Assembly (NCBI GenBank): GCA_038227875.1
Contig: JBBRPR010000017.1
Coordinates: 64,001 to 128,000, forward strand
DNA: 64,000 nt
Source of the DNA: Planctomycetota bacterium
Lineage (GTDB): Bacteria > Planctomycetota > SZUA-567 > H5-PLA8
Reading direction: 5' to 3'
Part shown: positions 1 through 10,690 of the stretch, one piece after another
How the letters are laid out: the number at the start of each line of letters is the position of its first letter
Numbering within the stretch: the stretch's first letter is position 1
The notes under the pieces: model-generated
Database searches by the model: none
Told to the model about the DNA's origin: nothing
Seen by the model: the letters and a program-made list of their open reading frames with translations, nothing else
Translations under genes and position numbers: made by a program

Positions 1-82
1 TTGCGGGTTTCTATTCATAAAGTATTATGATCGCAACTGAAGCGGATGGGCTCGTCACCTTGTTTTAAAAGGGAGGAATGCA

Positions 83-1807
83 GTGGGAAAGCGTATCATT
101 TCTGAACCCATGGTCGGCGCTCGTCTGTTGTTGGAATGCCTTAACCACGAGGGCGTCGAGTACATCTTCGGCTACCCCGGTGGCGCTCTGATTCCGATTT
201 ACGACGCGCTCTACAGCTTCCCCCAGATCAAGCACATCCTCGTCCGCCACGAACAAGGCGGAGCTCACGCTGCCGACGCGCTCTCCCGCGCGACGGGCAA
301 GGTGGGCGTCTGCATGGGCACCTCCGGCCCCGGCGCGACGAACCTGGTGACCGGCATCGCCACGGCGTTTGCCGATTCCATTCCGATGGTCGCGATCACC
401 GGACAAGTCCGGCGTTCACTGATCGGCAGCGACGCGTTCCAGGAAGCCGACATCACCGGCATCTGCCGACCGATCACCAAGCACGCGTACCTGGTCAAAG
501 ATGTGAACGACATTCCGCGCATCGTCAAAGAAGCATTCTACATCGCCCGCACCGGCCGCCCAGGCCCGGTGCTCATCGACGTGCCGCGCGACGTCCAGAC
601 CGACAAGTACACGGGGCCCATCGACGTCGAGATGGATCTGCCCGGCTACAACCCGCAGGTCGATCCGATTCCGGGACAGTTGGAAGCCGCTGCCGAAGCG
701 ATCAACAAAGCCGAACGTCCGTTGCTGTACGTGGGTGGCGGCTGCGTGATCTCCGGCGCCTACCGTGAACTCCGCGCGGCGGCCGAACGCGCCGGCGTTC
801 CCGTGACCACGACCCTGATGGCGCTGGGTGCTTTCCCCGGTAACCATCCGCTCAGCGTCGGCATGGCCGGCATGCACGGCACCGCCACCGCCAACTACGC
901 GATGGACAACTGCGATCTGATGATCAGCGTCGGCGCGCGCTTCGACGACCGCATCACCGGCAACCTGAACCGCTTCTCCGTCGGCTCGAAGAAAGTCCAC
1001 TTCGACGTCGACCCGACTTGCATCGGCAAGAACGTGAAGACCGAATACCCCGTCGTCGGCGATGTCCGCGAGAGTCTCAAGCGCATCTTCAAGCACTTGA
1101 AGTTCAAAGACCGCAAGCCGTGGCTGGACACACTTAAGGATCAGCGCACGCAGCACCCGCTCCAGTACCCGGCTAACGGCATGCGCGGCCAGCACGTGAT
1201 CGACCGCATCTGCCAGCAGACGAAGGGCAAGGCGATCGTCACGACCGACGTCGGCCAGCATCAGATGTGGGCGGCGCAGTATTACACGTTCGTGGAGCCC
1301 CGCCATTTCCTCACGTCGGGCGGCCTGGGCACGATGGGCTATGGTCTGCCCGCGGCCATCGGCGCGGCGGTCAGTCGGCCGGGCGAAGACGTCTGGTGCA
1401 TCACCGGCGACGGTTCGATTGTGATGAACATTCAGGAGCTGGTCACGGCCAAGCGCCTGAAGTTGCCGATTAAGATCGCGCTGATCAACAACAATCATCT
1501 CGGCATGGTGCGCCAATGGCAGGAGATGTTCTGGGACCGCCACTACTCGGAAGTCGATCTCTCCGACAATCCCGATTTCGTCGAAGTGGCGAAAGCGTTT
1601 GGCTGTCACGGCATCCGCTGCGAAAAGCGCGAAGACGTCGATGAGACGATTCGCCAGTCGTACAAGTTCAAGGACGCCCCGGTGATGCTCGACTTCCGCG
1701 TCGCCCTGGAAGAAAACGTCTACCCGATGATCCCTGCCGGCGGCGCGCTCGACGAAATCGTCTACGATCCGCTGGAGAAGGTGGAGGCGGAGGTTACGGC
1801 GAAGTAA
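83..1807 (+). CDS. ilvB: Acetolactate synthase large (catalytic) subunit
   Basis: [27 protein letters not shown] and ThDP-binding GDGS..N motifs; GGGAGG RBS before GTG at 83. Confidence 0.96.
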   Translation: MGKRIISEPMVGARLLLECLNHEGVEYIFGYPGGALIPIYDALYSFPQIKHILVRHEQGGAHAADALSRATGKVGVCMGTSGPGATNLVTGIATAFADSIPMVAITGQVRRSLIGSDAFQEADITGICRPITKHAYLVKDVNDIPRIVKEAFYIARTGRPGPVLIDVPRDVQTDKYTGPIDVEMDLPGYNPQVDPIPGQLEAAAEAINKAERPLLYVGGGCVISGAYRELRAAAERAGVPVTTTLMALGAFPGNHPLSVGMAGMHGTATANYAMDNCDLMISVGARFDDRITGNLNRFSVGSKKVHFDVDPTCIGKNVKTEYPVVGDVRESLKRIFKHLKFKDRKPWLDTLKDQRTQHPLQYPANGMRGQHVIDRICQQTKGKAIVTTDVGQHQMWAAQYYTFVEPRHFLTSGGLGTMGYGLPAAIGAAVSRPGEDVWCITGDGSIVMNIQELVTAKRLKLPIKIALINNNHLGMVRQWQEMFWDRHYSEVDLSDNPDFVEVAKAFGCHGIRCEKREDVDETIRQSYKFKDAPVMLDFRVALEENVYPMIPAGGALDEIVYDPLEKVEAEVTAK

Positions 1808-1912
1808 GATCCGCGCTTCATTTCGATTTCTTTTTTGGGAATCTGACCCCTTGCCGCTTTGCCGGCGAAACGAAGGCTATTGAGCCTTGAAAAACACGGA
1901 GGACACAACGCA

Positions 1913-3094
1913 GTGAAAACTTTTACCGTCGGTGGCGTCAAGGAAACTGTCATTGAGCGTTCGGATGTGACGCCGAAGAAACTGAAAGACACCCTGGGCA
2001 AGGAAACCGTCGCCGTGATCGGTTACGGCGTGCAGGGCCGCGGCCAGTCGCTCAACATGCGCGACAACAAGGTCAAAGTCATCATCGGCTCGCGCCCGGG
2101 CAAAAGCTGGGACCTCGCGGTCTCCGACGGCTGGGTTCCCGGCAAGACGCTCTTCGACGTTCCCGAAGCCGTCCGCCGCGGCACCGTCATCCAGTACCTG
2201 CTCTCCGATGCCGGTCAGAAGGCCAGCTGGCAGGAGATCAAGGCCAACCTGCAGCCTGGCTCGGCGCTCTACTTTTCGCACGGCTTCTCGATCGTCTTCA
2301 AAGACCAGACCGGCGTGATTCCGCCCAAGAACGTCGACGTGATTCTCGTCGCGCCCAAGGGTTCGGGCACCACCGTTCGCCGCCTGTTCCTTGAAGGACG
2401 TGGCATCAACAGTTCCATCGCCATCTACCAGGATTACACCGGCCGCGCCAAGGAACGCGCCGTCGCGCTGGGCATTGCGATCGGCTCCGGCTACCTCTTC
2501 GAAACCACGTTCGACAAGGAAGTGCTCTCCGACCTGACCGGCGAACGCGGCGTGTTGATGGGCGCGATCTACGGCATCTGGAAGGCGCAGTACGAAGTGC
2601 TCCGCTCGAAGGGCCACTCGCCGTCGGAAGCGTTTAACGAAACCGTCGAAGAAGCGACTCAGTCGCTCTACCCGCTGATCGCGCAGAACGGCATGGATTG
2701 GATGTACGCCAACTGCAGCACCACCGCGCAGCGCGGTGCGCTCGATTGGTTCCAGCCTTTCTGCGACGCCAACAAGCCGGTCTTTGAGAAACTCTACGAA
2801 AGCGTCCGCTCCGGCAAGGAAACGGAAATCACGCTGGCCGCCAACAGCCGCGCCGATTACCGCGAACGCCTGAAGAAGGAACTCGACGAAGTCGCCGACG
2901 ACGAAATCTGGCGCATCGGCAAGATCGTGCGGCAGCTCCGCCCGGAGAACAAGAGCGCCAAGGCGCTGCAGGGTGCGGCAGCCGGCGTAGGCATCGCGGG
3001 TACCGCCGGTCCGAAGAAGAGCAAGGCTGTCAAGAAGGCCGTCAAGAAGGCCGGGAAGATCGTGAAGAAGAAGGCCAAGGCCGGAGCGCGTTAA
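1913..3094 (+). CDS. ilvC: Ketol-acid reductoisomerase (fungal Ilv5/Bacteroidota-like type) with a Lys/Ala-rich C-terminal extension
   Basis: IGYGVQG NADPH motif, FSHGFS, VAPKGSG, SDLTGERGVLMG, AFNETVEEATQSLYPLI, CSTTAQRGALDW; GGAGG RBS before GTG at 1913 (ORF track start 1859). Confidence 0.95.
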   Translation: MKTFTVGGVKETVIERSDVTPKKLKDTLGKETVAVIGYGVQGRGQSLNMRDNKVKVIIGSRPGKSWDLAVSDGWVPGKTLFDVPEAVRRGTVIQYLLSDAGQKASWQEIKANLQPGSALYFSHGFSIVFKDQTGVIPPKNVDVILVAPKGSGTTVRRLFLEGRGINSSIAIYQDYTGRAKERAVALGIAIGSGYLFETTFDKEVLSDLTGERGVLMGAIYGIWKAQYEVLRSKGHSPSEAFNETVEEATQSLYPLIAQNGMDWMYANCSTTAQRGALDWFQPFCDANKPVFEKLYESVRSGKETEITLAANSRADYRERLKKELDEVADDEIWRIGKIVRQLRPENKSAKALQGAAAGVGIAGTAGPKKSKAVKKAVKKAGKIVKKKAKAGAR

Positions 3095-3098
3095 CAGA

Positions 3099-3129
3099 AG
3101 GACTGAGGACTGAGGGCCGAGGACTGAGG
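3099..3129. repeat. Heptamer tandem repeat (AGGACTG)n
   Basis: aggactg aggactg agggccg aggactg agg between ilvC and ilvN. Confidence 0.75.
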
Positions 3130-3181
3130 TATGGAACGCTCCGTACCTCAGTTCCGGCTACATAGGAGAAAGTCATTGATC

Positions 3182-3754
3182 ATGTCGAAGACCGCCGATG
3201 CAACTCTTCCCGCCGCGCCGCCTGAAGTGGCGGCCCAACCGGCGCCGCGCTTGAAGCGCCACGTCATCTCGACGCTGGTAAAAAACGTGCCGGGATTGCT
3301 GGCGCAGGTGGCGAACCTGTTTGCGGCGCGCGGGTACAACATTGAATCGCTGACCGTCGGCGAAACCGAGACGTCGAACTTCTCGCGCATGACGATCACC
3401 GTCCGCGGCGAAGAAGCGACGATCGACGCGCTCAAGAAGGGGCTCTCAAAGTTCGTCAACGTCATCAAGGTGCTCGATTTCACCGGCATCGACCACGTCG
3501 AACGCGATCTGGCGCTGGTCAAGATCACCACGCCCGCCGGCGCGCGTCAGGAAATTCTGGAACTGGTCCAGGTCTTCGAAGGCAAGATCGTCGACATCGG
3601 CTTGAAAGACATCATGGTCGAAATTGTCGGGCCCGAGCAGAAGATCGACGCATTCCTCAACATCGTCCGCCCGTTCGGCATCAAGGAGATGGCCCGCACC
3701 GGCCGCCTCGCGCTGGCCCGCGGTTCGGCGATGGAAGGCCGCGAACGCGAGTAA
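3182..3754 (+). CDS. ilvN: Acetolactate synthase small (regulatory) subunit
   Basis: ACT domain (NVPGLLAQVANLFAARGYNIESLTVG..SRMTI), ERDLALVKI, EMARTG; AGGAG RBS before ATG at 3182. Confidence 0.93.
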   Translation: MSKTADATLPAAPPEVAAQPAPRLKRHVISTLVKNVPGLLAQVANLFAARGYNIESLTVGETETSNFSRMTITVRGEEATIDALKKGLSKFVNVIKVLDFTGIDHVERDLALVKITTPAGARQEILELVQVFEGKIVDIGLKDIMVEIVGPEQKIDAFLNIVRPFGIKEMARTGRLALARGSAMEGRERE

Positions 3755-3778
3755 GCTTGTAGTTCAATCAGAATGTTT

Positions 3779-3821
3779 AGCACGCCGCATTTCCAACCCG
3801 GGAATGCGGCGTGTTGCTTTT
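3779..3821. terminator. Probable intrinsic terminator between convergent ilvN and araC genes
   Basis: Stem cacgccgcatt...aatgcggcgtg followed by ttgctttt. Confidence 0.55.
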
Positions 3822-4672
3822 CAGGCTGGAGTACTCTGCGACCGCCGCTGCGCGCGGAACTCGCGCGGGCTTACCGCGTTGGCGCGGCGGAACTGGCGCG
3901 CAAAATAAAACGGTGATTGAAAGCCCGACTCCGCCGCGATCTCTTTCACGCTCTGCTCCGTGAATTCCAGCAGCCGCGCGGCGTGTTGCAGACGCAGACG
4001 CAGCAGGCACGCGATTACCGATTCGCCGGTCTCGTCCTTAAACCGATGCACCAGCCGCGACGGCGAGACATGCGCCAGTTGCGCGAGGCTCTCGAGCGAA
4101 TGGTCTTCGGCGAGATTGTTGGTGAGATGCTCCAGCACCGCGCGGATCGGCGCGGTGATGCGCTGCGTGCCGCTGTTGAGCGCCACTTCGCGCGCCAGCA
4201 GCCAGACGACTTCCTCCAGCGCGTTGAGCGCCAGCTCGCCGCTCAGCGCCGCGGGCGCGGATTGCGCGTACTTGATGGTCCGGAAGAACGCGGCGCGAAT
4301 CAGTCCGCGCGTCGATACATCTGAAATGGGGTAGCGAAAAAGCCCCTCGCCAGTTGCGTGTGTCCGGAGCACCGGCAACCACGCGGGGCGGGGGAGAACA
4401 TGCGCCCACAGGCTGTCCCAGCCACCCGGCTCGACGGGCGCGTAGTGGTGGTAGGAGCCCGGTTCCAGCGCGACCAGGTCGCCGGCTCCCACTTCGAATT
4501 CGCCGCAGGGCTGCTGGTAAAGCCCCTTGCCGGCCAGCGTGTACGTGATCAACCAATCGTTCGTGCCGTGCGGCCGCATGACTGTTTTTCGGTAGCAGCG
4601 GGTCATGTGTCCGGCGCAGAGCAGTGTTGGCCGCAGAGCTTCTTTGTGCTTGTCTTTGGCTGGATAGTGCAT
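3821..4672 (-). CDS. AraC-family transcriptional regulator (N-terminal cupin, C-terminal HTH)
   Basis: SLESLAQLAHVSPSRLVHRFK and SVKEIAAESGFQSPFYFARQFRR motifs; start refined to ATG 4672. Confidence 0.9.
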   Translation of the reverse strand: MHYPAKDKHKEALRPTLLCAGHMTRCYRKTVMRPHGTNDWLITYTLAGKGLYQQPCGEFEVGAGDLVALEPGSYHHYAPVEPGGWDSLWAHVLPRPAWLPVLRTHATGEGLFRYPISDVSTRGLIRAAFFRTIKYAQSAPAALSGELALNALEEVVWLLAREVALNSGTQRITAPIRAVLEHLTNNLAEDHSLESLAQLAHVSPSRLVHRFKDETGESVIACLLRLRLQHAARLLEFTEQSVKEIAAESGFQSPFYFARQFRRANAVSPREFRAQRRSQSTPA

Positions 4673-4881
4673 GTTTCGTTCTCGCCGCGCGGGGTATGTG
4701 TGACTGGCACTGACGCGTTTGTACAGCATTCGCGACGGCGGGGCAATACGGCAGGGATGGAGCTCAAAAGAATTGTTTGCGTCAATACGTTCAAAATTTA
4801 CCACTGCTCAAGATAGCAACATAGACTCCCGAATGACAGGTGTACCAACTGACGGGAAGTGGTCCCCGTGGAGATGTCGCG

Positions 4882-7800
4882 ATGGCTGAAAATTACGAAG
4901 AGCTCCAGAGACACCTGAACCGCGTCCGCCGCGCATGGCGTCGCGCCAAAGCGCTGCAGGGACTCTCGGCGGTGGTGATCGAAGGCGTGGGCATGTTCCT
5001 GGTCTTCGCGCTGATCGATCACGCCTACGCGATGCCGCAGACCGCGCGCATCCTGGTCCTGGCGGGCATCGGCGCGGTGCTCGCCGTGCTGTTTGCGCTC
5101 CATGTCGGCCGGCCGCTGACGAAGAAAATCTCCGACGACCAGATCGCCCTCTACATCGAAGAACACCAGCACGCCGACGGCGCGCTGCTCACCGCGACCA
5201 CGTTCGGCCGTGAGAAATCCAGCGGCAACGCCGTCTCCCGTTTCATCGTCGAACGCGTGATGAATTCGGCAGTGAGCACCGCGGGAAGTCTGAAGCTCGC
5301 CGAACTGCTCGATCTCTCCAAGCTCCGCAAGTACGGCATTGCCGTGCTGCTCCTGATCGGCGTGCTGGGGATCAGCGCGGTCCGGTTTTCGAATCTATTC
5401 GGACGGAGCGTCAACCGGCTGCTGCTGCCGTGGGAAGTCAGTGAAGAAGACCGCAGATCGCAGAACAGCATGACAGGCGAACCGGCGATTCAGTTCGAGC
5501 TCTCCACCGACACCGGCGATCGCGTGCTGCGGGGCACGGCGGTCACGGTAAAAGCGAAGTTGAGCCTTCGGCCGGCCAACGGCGCGCCGGTGGAATTAAA
5601 ATACCGCGCGGGCGGCGACCAGTTCCGCAGCATCAAGCTCGAGGAAATCGACGAACTCAATACCTTCGCCGTTCGACTGCCGGACATCAACGACGACCTC
5701 CATTTCTTCGCGCAAGTGGGCGCTGACAAGTCCGACGAGCGCACCGTCAATGTGTACGACCGCGTGGAGTTGAAAGGCCTGCAGATCACGCAGACGCCGC
5801 CGGCGTACACGCATCTGGAAGCGACGACGCAGGATACCGACAGCGGAGACATCACCGCGCTGACCGGCACACGCGTAGCAATCCGCGCGATGGCCAACGG
5901 CCCGCTCTTCAGCGGCACACTGAAGTTTGACGACGGCCGGACCATCGATCTGAAAGCCGACGAAAAGTCGGGTGCCGTCTCCGGTGAATTCGTGCTCGAG
6001 AAAGATGCGACCTACACGGTCAGCGCGACGACGCTCGACGGCCAGCACGTCGGGCCGACCTCAAGCTTCGTGCTGAAAACGATCAACGATGAGCCGCCGT
6101 CGGTGGCCGTCGACGCGCCGGGCTCCGATCTGGAAGTCCACGCCTTCGCCGAAGTCGACTTCCTCGTCAAAGCAAACGACGACGTGGGGCTCGACAGCGT
6201 TGCGCTGGTTTACACACTGTCCAGTGACGAATCCCATTCCGTGACGGTGCCCTTCAAGCTGGACGGCAAACAAGGTCCCGGCGAGCACATTGGCACGCTG
6301 ACGCTCGCGCTGGGTGATCTGGGCAAGAGTGTTCAGGCCGGCGATTCGCTGATGTACTACGTCTCGGCGAAGGACTTGAAGGGGCAGGAGACGCTCACGG
6401 ATCTGTTCTCGATCCAGGTTCGTCCGTTCGAGGTACTCGTCGCGCTGCCAAAGAAGGGCGGGCACGCGCCGGATCACGAATCATTTGCGTCGCTGCTCCA
6501 GTTCATCGCGACGGCGTGGAATATCCACACGCAGAAGCCGCACACACCGGAGGCCGAATACAACCAGCGCTGCGACGCGCTGGCCGGGCAGATCATGAAA
6601 GTCGACAGCGCTCACATCTTCGGACCCGGTGGTGGCGCGGAGACGCCGGAATCGAAAAAGCAGGTCGGCGATGCATTCAAGTCGGTGCTCGCCGGCGTCG
6701 ACGCGCTGAAACATCACGATGCGCTGAAGGCCGTCACGCTGCTGCGGCAGGGCATGATGATGTACAAGCGTGCCACGGTCAGCAGCAGCGCCATCGCGGG
6801 CGCGCTGGGTGGGAAGCAGTATTCGAGCTTCGCGGGCGGCGACCCGATGCGCCAGTCGCTGGGCAGCGTCGAGATCGCTCCTCCGCCGATCCACGAGGAC
6901 GATCCGCCGTTCTTCAGCAATCCCGTCAAGCCCGACTACCTGCGCCAGATCAACATCCAGGACGAGAAGAACGCCAAGGAACTGGCCGTGAAATTGAAGA
7001 AGCAACAACAGGACATCAACAAAGAAGCCCGCAAGCTCGCCGACCAGAATCAAAAAGGCGGCGGCGGAGGAGACGAGGAGCAGGAGCAACAGCAGCAGAA
7101 CAACGCCAACCCGGAGAAGGCCGCTGCGTTGCAGAAGGAGCAGGAAAAGCTGGCGAAAGATGTCGCGAAGATGGCGCAGCAGCTGGGTGAGAAAAATCCC
7201 AACGGCGACAAGGAGATGAAAGCCGCCACCGACGAACTGCGCAAGACGGCTGACGAGATGCAGAACGCCGCCGCCGATATGAAGGCCGGAAACATGCAGC
7301 GCGCCGCAGCGCACGGCGATCAGGCCGTCAAGGATCTGAACCTCGCCGAACAGCGCCTGAACGCCGGCCAGTTCGATCAGCTCGAACAAGCCGTGGCCGC
7401 CGCGGAGGACCGTGCGATGCAGGTCGCCGACAACCAGAAGAAGATCCGCGAAGCGACGCAGCGTGTTCTCGACGAGGCGAAGAAACGCAATCCCAACAAC
7501 ACTCCACATGCCGGCGAACCCGGCGATGCGAATCCCGCCAAACCCGAGGGTGCGAATCCGGGCAAGCCGGAACTGAACGCGCAGGACCTGCAGAAATTGA
7601 AAGGCATCGCGCGCTGGCAGGCTGAAAATCAGAAGAACGAGGAGAACCTGGAAGAGTACGTCGGCGAACTGGGCCAGTGGGCGGAAAAAGCCAATAAGAA
7701 GGAAACCGCCGACGCCCTGCGCAAGGCCGGCCGCGCGATGAAGCTCGAAAAAGTCGGCGATAACATGCTCAACATCGCCGTCGACCTGGGCATGAACGAC

Positions 7801-8685
7801 CTCGAGGGCGTGGCGGAAGCCCAGGCGAAGCTCGACAAGGCATTGAACAAAGTTGAGGCGCATCTGCAGGACGCCAACGGCGGGCTGGCGCAGACCAGCG
7901 AACAGAAAATGCAGCGCGCGCTGGGAGACGCCAAGCGGCTGCTCGACAAGGCGCAGGAACTGGCCGACGCGAACACCGAGCACAAAGGTGGCGAGGCTCC
8001 GGGCCATGAGAACAAGGACGGCGAGAAGCCGGGCAACGACAAGGCCGGAAACGTGAAGCACGGCGACGACAAAGCCGGCGGCGAGCAGAACAAGAAGCCG
8101 GGCGAGGGCGGCGCTCAAGCCAAAGCCGATGAGAAAAAGGGCGAAGTCAAAGGCGGCGACGCCAACAACAAACCCGGCGAAGCCAACGCTCAAGCCAAGG
8201 CAGACGCGCACGGCGATCCCGGCAAACCGGGCAAGGGCGAGCAAAACGGCGAGCCGAACAAAGACGCCGACAAGCAGGCCGCCAACGCGCCCGGGCAAGG
8301 GAAGGGCAAGGCCGCTCCCGGCGAGAACGCACCGAAGAAACCGGCGCTCACGGCCGAAGAAAAACGCGAAGCGGCGGCAGAGCTCTTCCGCGGCACGGTG
8401 CGTTTGGCCAAGCGCCTGGAGCAGGACAAGCTCGCGCTGAACGCTCAGCCGCAGCTCGGCGATGCGGCGCGCGACGAGAAGAGTTTCGCGGAGATGTTCA
8501 AGGAGGGGCGCAAGACGAAGCTCGACGCCTACCTCGCCACGGTGAAGAGCGTTTCGACGACGCTGGAAGGCAAGCTGGAGATGACGCTGAAAGCGCGGCG
8601 CCTCACGGCCGGCCAGCGCGAAGAGACGCCGACGCAATACCGCGAGATGGTCAACTCGTACTATCAGCGGTTGGCGAACCAATAG
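4882..8685 (+). CDS. Large membrane-anchored protein, DUF4175-like (3 N-terminal TM helices, Ig-like domains, Q/K/E coiled coil)
   Basis: N-terminal hydrophobic helices, ITQTPPAYT and DEPPSV..ANDDVGL motifs, long coiled coil, C-terminal P.QYREMVNSYYQRL; GGAG RBS before ATG 4882. Confidence 0.65.
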   Translation: MAENYEELQRHLNRVRRAWRRAKALQGLSAVVIEGVGMFLVFALIDHAYAMPQTARILVLAGIGAVLAVLFALHVGRPLTKKISDDQIALYIEEHQHADGALLTATTFGREKSSGNAVSRFIVERVMNSAVSTAGSLKLAELLDLSKLRKYGIAVLLLIGVLGISAVRFSNLFGRSVNRLLLPWEVSEEDRRSQNSMTGEPAIQFELSTDTGDRVLRGTAVTVKAKLSLRPANGAPVELKYRAGGDQFRSIKLEEIDELNTFAVRLPDINDDLHFFAQVGADKSDERTVNVYDRVELKGLQITQTPPAYTHLEATTQDTDSGDITALTGTRVAIRAMANGPLFSGTLKFDDGRTIDLKADEKSGAVSGEFVLEKDATYTVSATTLDGQHVGPTSSFVLKTINDEPPSVAVDAPGSDLEVHAFAEVDFLVKANDDVGLDSVALVYTLSSDESHSVTVPFKLDGKQGPGEHIGTLTLALGDLGKSVQAGDSLMYYVSAKDLKGQETLTDLFSIQVRPFEVLVALPKKGGHAPDHESFASLLQFIATAWNIHTQKPHTPEAEYNQRCDALAGQIMKVDSAHIFGPGGGAETPESKKQVGDAFKSVLAGVDALKHHDALKAVTLLRQGMMMYKRATVSSSAIAGALGGKQYSSFAGGDPMRQSLGSVEIAPPPIHEDDPPFFSNPVKPDYLRQINIQDEKNAKELAVKLKKQQQDINKEARKLADQNQKGGGGGDEEQEQQQQNNANPEKAAALQKEQEKLAKDVAKMAQQLGEKNPNGDKEMKAATDELRKTADEMQNAAADMKAGNMQRAAAHGDQAVKDLNLAEQRLNAGQFDQLEQAVAAAEDRAMQVADNQKKIREATQRVLDEAKKRNPNNTPHAGEPGDANPAKPEGANPGKPELNAQDLQKLKGIARWQAENQKNEENLEEYVGELGQWAEKANKKETADALRKAGRAMKLEKVGDNMLNIAVDLGMNDLEGVAEAQAKLDKALNKVEAHLQDANGGLAQTSEQKMQRALGDAKRLLDKAQELADANTEHKGGEAPGHENKDGEKPGNDKAGNVKHGDDKAGGEQNKKPGEGGAQAKADEKKGEVKGGDANNKPGEANAQAKADAHGDPGKPGKGEQNGEPNKDADKQAANAPGQGKGKAAPGENAPKKPALTAEEKREAAAELFRGTVRLAKRLEQDKLALNAQPQLGDAARDEKSFAEMFKEGRKTKLDAYLATVKSVSTTLEGKLEMTLKARRLTAGQREETPTQYREMVNSYYQRLANQ

Positions 8686-9750
8686 ATGTTGGACTATATT
8701 ACTCCGGTGTTGGCAATTCCGACTCTGGAGGCCATGCCCATGGCAGAAGACGCGCAAGTCGTGCCCGCAATCTTCGAAGCCAACGATCGCGTCTACAAGG
8801 CCGACACCTGCGATCCGGTGAAAGTCGCCGTCGAACGCGGGCAGATGCGCAACGTCGCGCTGGTTCATGGCGCGTATCCGGGCCTGCAACTTCCTGCCAA
8901 GTGTCTTCCGGAGCTCTGCTGCGTCGGCTATTGGGACATCACCAAGGATCAGTCGTGGGGTCTGGGCGATCATCGCAACGAAGGGCTTGAGCTCTCGTAT
9001 ATCTCCAGAGGCAAATTGGCGGCGGGAATCGCGGGGCAGGAGACGGAACTGCGCTCCGGATCGCTGGCGGTGATCCGGCCGTGGCAGGTTCACAATTGGG
9101 GCAAGCCGAACATTACGGCCTGCCGGCAGGTGTATTTCATTCTCGATGTCGGCGTGCGCCGTCCCGATCAGGAATGGAACTGGCCGGATTGGCTGGTGCT
9201 CTCACCCGAGGACGTTCGCCGCCTGACGCAACTCCTGCGGCACAACGAACAGTCCACGTGGAAAGCCCTGGCGCTGGGCGATGCGTTTGAGAAGCTGCGC
9301 AAAACCGTCGACGCTTGGAGCTCCGCACCGAACGAATCGCGGCTGCGGCTGTGCATCAACGAACTGCTGATCTCGTTTCTGGAGATGCTGGAAGCGCACA
9401 ACATTCCGCTGGATGAGTCGCTCTCCAGCGCGCAGCGAACCGTGGAAATGTTCCTCGCCGCGCTGCCGCAGCATGTCGCGCATCCCTGGGATCTGGATCT
9501 GATGGCCGAGCAGTGCGGTTTGGCGCGGAGTCGGTTCGCGCATTACTGCAAGCTCTCGGTCAATCTGACGCCGATGGAATTCCTGGTGCGCTGCCGCGTC
9601 AACGCGGCTCAGAAAATGCTCCGCGAACAGCCCGAACGCAGCGTCATCGACATCGCTGCCGCGTGCGGCTTTCAATCGGCGCAGTATTTCTCGACGGTCT
9701 TCAAAGCGCGCACGGGACGTTCGCCGCGCGACTTTGCCAGCACGAAATAG
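8686..9750 (+). CDS. AraC-family transcriptional regulator
   Basis: Cupin HRNEGLE motif; HTH WDLDLMAEQCGL and SVIDIAAACGFQSAQYFSTVFK; true start may be ATG 8740. Confidence 0.88.
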   Translation: MLDYITPVLAIPTLEAMPMAEDAQVVPAIFEANDRVYKADTCDPVKVAVERGQMRNVALVHGAYPGLQLPAKCLPELCCVGYWDITKDQSWGLGDHRNEGLELSYISRGKLAAGIAGQETELRSGSLAVIRPWQVHNWGKPNITACRQVYFILDVGVRRPDQEWNWPDWLVLSPEDVRRLTQLLRHNEQSTWKALALGDAFEKLRKTVDAWSSAPNESRLRLCINELLISFLEMLEAHNIPLDESLSSAQRTVEMFLAALPQHVAHPWDLDLMAEQCGLARSRFAHYCKLSVNLTPMEFLVRCRVNAAQKMLREQPERSVIDIAAACGFQSAQYFSTVFKARTGRSPRDFASTK

Positions 9751-9753
9751 TTC

Positions 9754-10596
9754 TTACAGCACCTTCTGAATCTGTTCGACGCGCGTCGACGTGCGGCAGA
9801 TCGCCTGCTCGACGTCTTTTCGCTTCAGCGGCCAGCGTTCGACCACCTTGTTGGAGATGCGGTAGCGCAGCCCATCGCCGGCGCCAAATTGCCCGCCGAG
9901 CAGCGACAGATGCGTGGAAAGATGGACGAGGTCGAGCGTCGTCGACGGGTGCGGCGCGGATTCCGGCGCATGGTGCCAGCGCACAATTTCGACGAGTTCC
10001 GAAGGCAGCTTCCAGCGTTCCAGCAGCGCGGCGCCGACTTCGGCGTGATCGGTGCCGAGCACTTCCATTTCAGCGACATCGAACGAGACGTTGTTGCGCT
10101 GCGCGAAACTTAAGATCGGCGTGGCGTCGACGTTGACGTACGTACCCAGCACGATTTTGCCGATGTCGGCGAGCAATCCGGCGGTGTAGGCCTGCGGCGG
10201 CTGCGGAATGCGCAGCACTTTCGCCAGTTCTTCAATGCCGAAAGCGGAGGTCAGCGACGCGGCCAGCAGCCGGCCGGGGGGCATGTCGTAGCCTTTGATT
10301 TCACCCCGCACGGCCGAGGGCAGACTGGCGGTGAGGATCAGTTGTCCCAGCAGCGCGGCGCCGAGGCGCATCGCGGCTTCATTGAGCGACGAGAGTTTGC
10401 GCGCGGCGCTGAATGCGGCGGAATTGGCGAGGCGCAGAATGTTGGCGGTGAGTCCCGGGTCGGTCTTCAGGGAATCGGCGATGGCGTTGAGATTCGCGTT
10501 TTCGTCGCGCAGTTTGTGGATCGCATTTACCGCAGACGCGGGAAGGGACTGCACTTTGTAAATCTGATTGAGGATCTCTTCACGCTGGTTAGCCAT
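9754..10596 (-). CDS. HDOD domain protein
   Basis: DPGLTANILRLANSAAF, AYTAGLLADIGK, DHAEVGAALLERWKLP..IVRWHH. Confidence 0.88.
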   Translation of the reverse strand: MANQREEILNQIYKVQSLPASAVNAIHKLRDENANLNAIADSLKTDPGLTANILRLANSAAFSAARKLSSLNEAAMRLGAALLGQLILTASLPSAVRGEIKGYDMPPGRLLAASLTSAFGIEELAKVLRIPQPPQAYTAGLLADIGKIVLGTYVNVDATPILSFAQRNNVSFDVAEMEVLGTDHAEVGAALLERWKLPSELVEIVRWHHAPESAPHPSTTLDLVHLSTHLSLLGGQFGAGDGLRYRISNKVVERWPLKRKDVEQAICRTSTRVEQIQKVL

Positions 10597-10690
10597 ATCC
10601 GCCCCCACTAAAAGGTAAGGAATTGCAAAATTTGCCGAAACCGTCCGCTGAAACGGAAGCTCCGCTGGGTACTACGCAACGGTGAGACCA

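Noticed and set aside
6481..9093. 870-aa minus-strand ORF
   Set aside because: Antisense shadow of the DUF4175-like and AraC genes; high GC suppresses stop codons and there are no recognisable motifs
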